IMG/VR virus record: IMGVR_UViG_3300034523_000094 | Span: 1 to 39,996 of that record | Origin: a virus | Strand: one strand, 5' to 3' | Length of the DNA stretch: 39,996 nucleotides | Shown: positions 25,853-33,000 of the stretch, piece after piece | Layout: each line of letters opens with the position of its first letter | How positions within the stretch are numbered: the first letter of the stretch is position 1 | Program-made: the position numbers and the translations under genes | Notes under the pieces: generated by a model | Databases searched by the model: none | Seen by the model: only the letters and a program-made list of their open reading frames with translations | Told to the model about the DNA's origin: nothing

Positions 25853-25995
25853 GGCTGGTCGCTCCCTTGTGTTGGCTGATCTTCGTATTCAGGTTTTGCG
25901 GTGTACACGCGCCAGATGAAAGCGCCGAGCGTCACCAGGGCGGTGCCGATCAGCCCGAGCAGTTGCTCGAGCGGGCTTACGCTGTGGCGGCTCAT
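25849..25995 (-). CDS. 48-aa hypothetical protein with one hydrophobic helix
   Basis: Hand translation gives MSRHSVSPLEQLLGLIGTALVTLGAFIWRVYTAKPEYEDQPTQGSDQP. It has ATGA overlaps at both ends. Confidence 0.4.
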   Translation of the reverse strand: MSRHSVSPLEQLLGLIGTALVTLGAFIWRVYTAKPEYEDQPTQGSDQP

Positions 25996-26402
25996 GGCTG
26001 CACCGCCCCGGCCGGGCCGGCGTAGGGTGGAACGGGCGCGCGATCGACCTCGGCCTGCAGCCAGGCGCGCACCTCGAAACCGGCGTGCTCCTGGTCGAGG
26101 TGCGAGGGCAGGCGCCGGGGCAGGCCCTGCAGGTGCTCGACCAGGGCGCGGGTTTCGGTGTGGCAGACGCGCAGGCGGTGGCGCAGCAGGTCGCCCTCGG
26201 CCTCGAGGTCGGTTATGCGATCGAACAGCGGGCGCACGATGGCATCCGCCTCGGCCACCAGGGCGCCGATCGCCGGATCCTTGCGGCCCTTGCGGCGCAG
26301 GTAGTGGTCGACCATGCGGATCTTCGAGTAGTCGCGCCCGGCGTGCTTGGCGAGCCGCTGCGCGGCCTCCTCGAGGGCTTTCGTCTGGTTGAGGGTAGGC
26401 AT
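25992..26402 (-). CDS. Hypothetical protein (136 aa)
   Basis: A GGGAGGG RBS precedes the ATG at 26402. This corresponds to the C-terminal part of the over-long ORF 25992..27032. Confidence 0.55.
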   Translation of the reverse strand: MPTLNQTKALEEAAQRLAKHAGRDYSKIRMVDHYLRRKGRKDPAIGALVAEADAIVRPLFDRITDLEAEGDLLRHRLRVCHTETRALVEHLQGLPRRLPSHLDQEHAGFEVRAWLQAEVDRAPVPPYAGPAGAVQP

Positions 26403-26554
26403 TACGCGGCCCTCCCGAGACGAGCCATCAGCGCCGCGCCGGTGCGGCCGGTGGTGTAACGTGCGACGAACTGCATCGCCAGGCGCCGGCAGGCCGGATC
26501 GGTGATGCGATGAAGTGGCAGCTGAGCCGCCGTGATATAGTCTTTTGCGGACAT
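26402..26554 (-). CDS. 50-aa hypothetical protein, first gene of the minus-strand accessory operon
   Basis: Hand translation gives MSAKDYITAAQLPLHRITDPACRRLAMQFVARYTTGRTGAALMARLGRAA. Its stop overlaps the next start (TAATG). Confidence 0.3.
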   Translation of the reverse strand: MSAKDYITAAQLPLHRITDPACRRLAMQFVARYTTGRTGAALMARLGRAA

Positions 26555-26626
26555 GGTTGCTCTCTCTCAAAGGTTTGATCGTGTCCATGCCCGGCAGCGG
26601 TTGCCGCCACTGTCGGGCACCTTTCC

Positions 26627-26938
26627 TCACTTCTGCGCCTGCAGCCGCCGGCGCAACTCGTCGAGATCCTCGACCTCGAATTTCCCCTCGCCCCGCTTGT
26701 ACTTCTCGAACAGGTCGTCGATCGCCTCGAGGAGCAGGTACTTGACCGGCGTCGAGTCGCTGGTCATGTTTTTCAAGTCCTGCAGCCCCTTGTGGTAGCG
26801 CACCGGCGCCAGCAGCGGAATCTTCTTTTCTTCGCCATCGCCCGACACTGCAGCGCGCGCCTTTTCGACGTGCGGGCGCTCGATGGTGGGCGCGCCTGCG
26901 CGGCTGGGGCGGGCGGTGCTCAGCTTCCCGTCGGTCAT
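26627..26938 (-). CDS. Small partition partner of ParA, probably a ribbon-helix-helix centromere-binding protein (ParG-like)
   Basis: 103 aa with an ATGA overlap with the parA stop. A disordered N-terminus is followed by a segment IPLLAPVRYHKGLQDL...VKYLLLEAIDDLFEKY, compatible with a strand-helix-helix fold. Confidence 0.5.
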   Translation of the reverse strand: MTDGKLSTARPSRAGAPTIERPHVEKARAAVSGDGEEKKIPLLAPVRYHKGLQDLKNMTSDSTPVKYLLLEAIDDLFEKYKRGEGKFEVEDLDELRRRLQAQK

Positions 26939-27585
26939 TGCAGCAGCTCCAGCAGTTCGGCGGTGACGGCTTCGATCTCGAGGCGCGCCTTGTTGTCGGC
27001 CGGCAGGTCCATGACGCTCTGCCCGCTGCCAATGTCGCGCACGTAGGACTGCCGCTGGCAGGTCTGGCTCGACAGGATGGGCAGCTCGAAGGCCTCGAGC
27101 GCTTCGCGTGCGGTGCGCTCGATCACCGTGCCCGGTACCGCGCGGGCGACCATCATCACGGCGTGAGGGTGGCCGTCTGCGATCTCCTGCCGGTCCTTTA
27201 CCAGTTGCACCAGGTCGCTGCAGGCCCATATGTCGTACTGGCTCGGCTGCACCGGGATCAGCACCAGGTCGGCCGCCTTGATCGCTGCGGCGGCCAGCTC
27301 GCTGATCTGCGGCACGCCGTCGACGACGACGAAGTCATAGCCGCCCGCCACGCGGGGCAGGTCGCGCGCCAGTTGCTTGCCCATGGCCACGCACGGGATC
27401 ACGCCCGGGTCGCCCTCGGCGCCCTCCCGGCTGGCCGCCCAATCGGTTGCCGAGCCTTGCGGGTCGAGGTCGACCAGCAGCACGCGCTTGCCGTGGGTGA
27501 CGGCCAAGCAGCTGGCCACGTTGACCGCGCTCGTCGTCTTTGTGGTGCCACCCTTCTGGTTGAGCACCGAAATTACCTTCGCCAT
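26935..27585 (-). CDS. parA: ParA/Soj-type partition ATPase (small, type Ib-like)
   Basis: Deviant Walker A MAKVISVLNQKGGTTKTT, plus VLLVDLDPQGS and DFVVVDG. An AGGAGGG RBS precedes the ATG at 27585. Confidence 0.85.
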   Translation of the reverse strand: MAKVISVLNQKGGTTKTTSAVNVASCLAVTHGKRVLLVDLDPQGSATDWAASREGAEGDPGVIPCVAMGKQLARDLPRVAGGYDFVVVDGVPQISELAAAAIKAADLVLIPVQPSQYDIWACSDLVQLVKDRQEIADGHPHAVMMVARAVPGTVIERTAREALEAFELPILSSQTCQRQSYVRDIGSGQSVMDLPADNKARLEIEAVTAELLELLQ

Positions 27586-27631
27586 CGCTGGCCCTCCTGG
27601 TGGGTTATCAGATCCAACGGGCACAGATTAG

Positions 27632-27679
27632 CCGCAAAGGAACAAAAGAGCAACAGAACAAAAGAACAAAAGAACAAAC
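27632..27679 (+). repeat. 8-bp-periodic array upstream of parA: CCGCAAAG GAACAAAA GAGCAACA GAACAAAA GAACAAAA GAACAAAC. Candidate centromere/operator.
   Basis: Read from the sequence. It lies 47 to 94 bp upstream of the parA start codon. Confidence 0.55.
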
Positions 27680-27998
27680 AAGCGGACGCGCCAGCGTCCA
27701 ACCTTGTCCGCCTGAATAGCCCCGTCCTTTCTCCCGTGGCCGCAGCCCAGCAGCGGCGCGGGTTTCCCGCGCCATAAACAAGCAGCGCGAAGCGCTGGTC
27801 CTTTTGGTGCATGCCCTCTGCCGCGTCCTTTCTGACCATCTAGCCCGCTGCCGCATCCTTTCCTTGCTGGTGGTTGAGCAGTCGCCGCCCCTTCGCGCTC
27901 GCCTACTTTGCCGCATGGCAAAGGGTGTATGCCTGCGCAGCATCCATACACCCTATACCCTAACAAGTGCATACACCCTCACCCCTAGCACAAGATAG

Positions 27999-28070
27999 GG
28001 CCGCAGGTGTATGCACCCCTGCCCCATTCTATACGTATAGAATGGGGCAGGGGTGCATACACCTGCGGCC
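27999..28070. repeat. Perfect 72-bp palindrome (36-bp arms, centre TATAC|GTATA). Candidate telomere resolution site (telRL).
   Basis: The arms were checked base by base. The core CCATTCTATACGTATAGAATGG resembles the remembered N15 telO CCATTATACGCGCGTATAATGG. It lies 135 bp upstream of the protelomerase gene. Confidence 0.8.
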
Positions 28071-28204
28071 ATATCTACCACTGCGCGAGTTCGTGCCCTA
28101 TGGCTTGGGGTGTATGCGATGAGCGAGTAGGGCTTGTGGTGCATAGTTGTAATGTGTAGAATCTGCGCTAGGGTTTACGGTGTATGCCTAAAGGAGGGCG
28201 AGCC

Positions 28205-29770
28205 ATGGGTGGGGAATCAAGACAGAAGGTCGAGCTGGGCGAACTGATCGAGCAGCTGCTAAAGGACGTGCGGGCGATCGACGGCAATGCGGAGCTGAGC
28301 AGGGGCGACAAGACCAAGCGTCTGACCCGGCTCGCGGCCAGGCTGAAAAACACGCTGTTCGAGGACCGCCGGCGCAAGGAGGAGGACAAGCTCGCGGCGT
28401 CGAGTTATCGCCGGTACCTGACCACCATCCGCAAGGCGGTCACCGCGCAGAACTGGCGGCACCACTCGCTCGAGGAGGCGATCGGCCGGATGGCCAAGCG
28501 GCACCCGCGCTGGGCCGAGCAGCTCGAGGCGATGGGCGCGCATGCGCAGATCAGCGAGGTGCGCCTCGCCCACCGCGACCTGCTGGCCGAGGTGCGCCGC
28601 GCTGGCGACTCTGACGCCTACGACGATATCCGCGCGATGAAGCTCGACCACGAGATCATGCGCCACCTGACGCTGCCAGCCGCGACCAAGGCCGACCTGG
28701 CCGACGAGCAGCTCGAGCGCATCGAGGAGCGGTCGACGAATACGGTCGAGATCAATTACCACTGGCTTATGGCGACGATCGACGGCCTGCTGAGCCAGCA
28801 GCAATTGCGCGCCGATGGGTCGGCCGCGCCCTACTTCTCGCACCTGGCGCTGGGGCTGGCGCTGGCCACCGGGCGGCGCGAGATCGAGGTGCTCAAGCTG
28901 GGCCGCTTCAAGAAGGTGGGCGAGTTCGAGCTCGAGTTTTCCGGCCAGGCCAAGCGGCGCGAGGGCGTCGACTACAGCGAGACCTTCCGCATCTATAGCC
29001 TGGTCAGGGCCGACGAGGTGCTCGAGGCCTTCGCCAAGCTGCGCGCGCTGCCCGAGGTGCTCGAGCTGCAGCACCTGTCGAACGTCGAGGTGAACCGCCG
29101 CGTGGCCAAGACGCTGAACACGCTGACCAAGCGCGTTTTCGGCAGCGAGGAGCGGGTTTTCAAGGACAGCCGGTCAATATGGGCGCGGATCGTTTTCGAG
29201 CGCTACTTCGGCCAGGATGCGCGCTGGAAGAAGGTCAACGAGGACGTCTTCTGGCAGGAAATGCTCGGGCACGAGGGGATGAAGTCGCAGATCCACTACA
29301 AGGCCTTCAAGATCGACTATGTCGAGCCGGTGGCCACCGCCGGGGCGGTACCGGGCAAGTGGGCGAACCGCCTCGAGGCGCTGCAGGCGCTCGACGAGCA
29401 CGAGCGGATCCGCGCGAGCTCCTCGCTGTACCGCATTCACCAGTGGGTGAAAGAGACCGTGAAGGCCGCGCCCGAGGCGCGGATCTCGCAGAAGGCGATC
29501 GCCACCAACGTGGGCAGCTACCGGCCGAACATCAAGGAATATCTCGAGATCGCCGCCGAGGCGCTCGCCACGCCGAACCATTCGCTAGAGGCGGTCGCGC
29601 TCGAGGTGCCCGACCAGGTCGCCAAGGCGAAGCCGCGAATGGTGGCGCATCTGCAGGAAAGTGGGCTCTATCGGGCAACCGCAACGATCAACGGGGTGGT
29701 GGTCGCAACGGCCGAACACGCCGACCGCATGACCGCCTTGGCCGAGGCCTTCAAGAAGGCAGGCGGTTAG
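28205..29770 (+). CDS. tel: Protelomerase (TelN/TelK family)
   Basis: Collinear with remembered N15 TelN: KVELGELIEQLLKDVRAIDG...GDKTKRL..ARLKNTLF, FSGQAKRRE, VFKDSRSIWARIVFERYF...RWKKVNEDVFWQEMLGHEG...QIHYKAFKI (Tyr nucleophile context). An AAGGAGGG RBS precedes the ATG at 28205. Confidence 0.9.
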   Translation: MGGESRQKVELGELIEQLLKDVRAIDGNAELSRGDKTKRLTRLAARLKNTLFEDRRRKEEDKLAASSYRRYLTTIRKAVTAQNWRHHSLEEAIGRMAKRHPRWAEQLEAMGAHAQISEVRLAHRDLLAEVRRAGDSDAYDDIRAMKLDHEIMRHLTLPAATKADLADEQLERIEERSTNTVEINYHWLMATIDGLLSQQQLRADGSAAPYFSHLALGLALATGRREIEVLKLGRFKKVGEFELEFSGQAKRREGVDYSETFRIYSLVRADEVLEAFAKLRALPEVLELQHLSNVEVNRRVAKTLNTLTKRVFGSEERVFKDSRSIWARIVFERYFGQDARWKKVNEDVFWQEMLGHEGMKSQIHYKAFKIDYVEPVATAGAVPGKWANRLEALQALDEHERIRASSSLYRIHQWVKETVKAAPEARISQKAIATNVGSYRPNIKEYLEIAAEALATPNHSLEAVALEVPDQVAKAKPRMVAHLQESGLYRATATINGVVVATAEHADRMTALAEAFKKAGG

Positions 29771-30014
29771 GGAACAGGCACGCTACGGTTCCTTTTGCGG
29801 TGCAATCTACAGCCGGGGCTTGCCCCGGCTTTTGCCGTAAGGCGTAAGCCTCCTCGAGCGCCTCGGCGGCCTGCTCCTGCAGTTCCTGAACCGAGGCGAC
29901 CGCCTCGAGGATCTGCTCGAGGCTGACCTGCTGCGCGCTGGCCTGGACCATCACGAGCAGGGCCTGCGCCCTGCGGATCTTGTTTGCGGCGGTGTCCATC
30001 CTTTCGAGACTCAT
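29751..30014 (-). CDS. Small hypothetical helical protein downstream of repA
   Basis: A GAGGAGGG RBS precedes the ATG at 30014. The 3' end of the ORF runs through the tel terminator hairpin, so its true extent is uncertain. Confidence 0.3.
   Translation of the reverse strand: MSLERMDTAANKIRRAQALLVMVQASAQQVSLEQILEAVASVQELQEQAAEALEEAYALRQKPGQAPAVDCTAKGTVACLFPNRLPS
29811..29834 (+). terminator. Intrinsic terminator after the protelomerase gene (AGCCGGGG-cttg-CCCCGGCT followed by TTTTG)
   Basis: A perfect 8-bp stem with a T-tract. Confidence 0.65.
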
Positions 30015-30076
30015 CAACCGACTACCCTCCTCTGGCGATGATGCCAATTTGCCTTGCTGTTCATTCGTACAGTATC

Positions 30077-33000
30077 TCACCGGGCGGACGCCTGGAGAAG
30101 TTTCTCGGCAAAGCCAAGTGTCCGATTTATTGACGCATCACTGAGCCGGCCACTCACGAAGTCCCGAACCACCTCCGGCGCCAGCGCCCCCACCAGGCGC
30201 GACAGCGGTATGCCGGAAGGGCGGTAACAGCGAGAAGCCAAAGCGAGTAGATGCTCGGTCACTGCCAAGGGATACTTTTCATCTGTGTCTGTACCCTCAC
30301 AATGCAAAGTGTCACTTTCGCTGCAAGCCACGGGCGCCGGGGCCTGTGGCTCGACGGGCAGGGCTTCGGGGGCTTCCTTGGGCTGGTAGTCACTGGCCGC
30401 TTCGTGCGTCGTCAACGAGTGGGCGCCGAGCGCCTGGCGACGCAAGACATAGGCCATCACGAACGACCATCGGTCGGCATTGATCGAGAACAGGTTCCGC
30501 CCATTGCTCGACCGCTTCTCGACCGTGAGGCCGAACCGCTCGAGCATCGACTTGACCAGCGTCGTGGCGCAGACCCTGGCGCTGGTGCTGTGCAGGTGGC
30601 GGCCGACGCGCAGCGCGTTGTAGGCATCAAGGGCCTGCTGGCTGGCGGTGACCTTGGCGAGCACTTGCTTGCATTGCTCGGCTGAGAACTCGCCGGCGCC
30701 GGTGTAGCGATCGAGGCCGAGGGTCTCGAACAGCTCGACCAGGAAGGCGCGGGTGGCCGTCTTGTAGCGGTGCTGGGTCAGAACCACGCGCGCTTTGCGC
30801 TGGGCTTCGTCGTAGGCCTTGGCCTGGGCTTCCTCGGCCTGCAGCAGCTCGAGGGCGACGACCTTGGCGATGCCGCGATCGTCGTAGAAGGCGACGTCGT
30901 CTTCGGTGGGCTCGAGCACGCCGAGCTGGTGGGCCAGGTGGTAGCGGTCGACCTGGGCACTCTCGGTCTCGCTGCGGACTTCCTGACGGTTGAGGCGGCC
31001 GAAGGTCTCCTCGTCGGGCACCTCGACGCTGGTCAGCAGATCCATGCGCTTGGCGAAGACGAGCGCGCCGGCGTGCTTGCGGTTGCTGCGGCTCTCTTTC
31101 GTGCGCTCGGGGTCGTCGAGATCCGCCCGGCCGACCTGGTAGCCGTCGGCGATCAGCATCAGCAGCAGGTTGTTGGCGAAGTCGTTGCGGGCCTTGTTTT
31201 CGGTGGTGACGCTGGTCAGGTACAAATGATCAAAAGCGGTTTTCTTCCTGACGAAGCGCGCCTCGCCGGCATCCTCCTCGAAGGCGAAGGTGATCCCGTC
31301 GAGCTCCATCAGGCCGCGATAGATGGCCTCGGGATCCGTGGCGCGCTGGGCTGAGCTGTGACCGATCCCGACCAGGTACTCGCGCGCGGTACGGTCACGG
31401 CGCAGCATCTGGATGGCGTCGGAGGGGCTGACGGTGTTGCCGCTGAACAGGCCGACATGGCGCTCGAAGTGCGGCGTGGTCATGGAAACGCCCGAGCTGA
31501 TCGCCGGCGAGTAGATCAGGACGTCGTACTTCACCGCCTCGGCGTTGGGGCTGCGCAGGAAGGCCTCGACATTCGGGTCGGCCTTGCTGTCGGCGTGCAC
31601 CAGGAGCATGCGCAGCGGCTTGCATTCGCCGTGCTCGATGCGCTCCTCGATCAGGGCGGCCATTTTCTTGGCCGACTCGGCCGAGTCGTTGGCGACCAGA
31701 ACGCGCTTGCCGGCGCAGATCCAATCGAGCGCGACCTGCCAGGCGGTCTCGTCGTCGGTGTGGTTGACGCGGATATGATCGGTCGGGCCTACGACCTCGA
31801 GGATGGTGATCGGCTGGCCGGGGCGGGCGAGCTCGCAGAACTCGACCACCGTGTCGTTGGCGTCGGCGTCGCAGAGCAGCACGCGGCGCGCCGAGGCGAC
31901 CGCGTCGAGCAGGGCATCGAACACGCGCACGCGGCCGTCGACCGGGCCGGTGGCGGTGTGGCTGATCACCTGGCTGGCTTCATCGATGCAGAGGGTATCG
32001 ACGGTGGTGAACCACGAGCGCTCGTCGGTGTTGTAGAACTTCGGATGGGTCAGCGAGTTGACGCAGCAGGCCAGGTGCGAGACGTCTCGCATCCACGCGG
32101 CCGAAACCTGCTGGTAGTGCTGGATGTTGAGGCGCGAGGCGGCGTCGTCGAGCAGCGAGACGCGGTGGGCGATATAGGCGGCTTTCGGCGCGGCCTGCAT
32201 CAGCGGGGCGATCAGTTTCTCGGTTTTGCCGGAGCCCATCGGCGCGCGGCTGATGATCATGCCCTCGAGGGAATCGACCAGGTCGGCGAAGTGCGGGGGC
32301 AGCTCGATGCCGCCGTGCGCAGCGCGCACGCCTTCGACGCGCAGGTGCTGCACGTGCGGCTTGGCCAGGGTGGCAGCGGAGAAGCCGCGCAGCTCGCGGG
32401 CCTGCTGCAGCTTCTGGTCGGCCAGCCACTTAACGAAGCGGCGGATCTTGAAGCGGTCGACCTCGACGCCGGCCGGGATCTTCTTCTCGACCATGCGCAG
32501 CACTTCGCGGCCGGTGTAGCGGATCGGCACCAGGAGCATGCCGGCGGCGACGGCCGACTTGGCGGCCTTCTCGGCGGTCAGGCCGGAATAACCGAGGCGC
32601 TGCAGGCAGTAATCAAACCAGTCTTTCTCGGCGCGCAGCACGCTGTCGCGGGCGCGCAGGGCCTTGGCGGTGGCGGCCAGGCCAAAGGCGACGTGGTAGT
32701 CGTTCCAGTCGGTCGGCCCCTTGCGGGCGGCCTTGAACGCGGCCAGTTCTTCACCGCTGAACCCGACGACAGGCGCCCGGTTTTGCGCGCGCAGCTCGGC
32801 AATCTGCTGGGCGCTGCAGCCGAACAGCTCGAGGCTGGCGGCGAAGTTGGGGACGATGGCCGGGTGCTGCAGCTCGCGGTGGATCTCGAGGCCTGCTAGC
32901 ACGCCGGCGTTGCCGGCCTGTGGCTTCCACTGGTCGTTGTCGGCGGCGTTATGGAAGCGCCAGGCCGGGTAGTGCTTGGCGTACTGGCGCAGCACCTTGC

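Noticed and set aside
26555-26626. Imperfect GC hairpin between the ParA partner gene and the accessory operon, as a terminator
   Set aside because: The stem has mismatches and wobble pairs, and there is no T-tract on the minus strand. The two gene sets may be co-transcribed.
25992-27032. 346-aa minus-strand ORF spanning the accessory operon and the parG-like gene
   Set aside because: Only the last 136 codons (25992..26402) have an RBS and protein-like composition. The upstream part is Arg-rich, out of frame with the ParA partner gene, and overlaps the 50-aa ORF.
27632-27679. The short tandem arrays read as a CRISPR array or as simple low-complexity sequence
   Set aside because: The units are 8 bp with no spacers, there are no cas genes, and related arrays recur at four other promoter-proximal loci. 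That pattern fits protein-binding sites better.
28205-29770. Tyrosine-recombinase-like protein read as the phage integrase
   Set aside because: Its collinearity with TelN (N-terminal KV.LGELI...GDKTKR, the FSGQAK, KDSR and HYK motifs) and the adjacent 72-bp palindrome identify it as a protelomerase. No attP-like core or integrase was seen.
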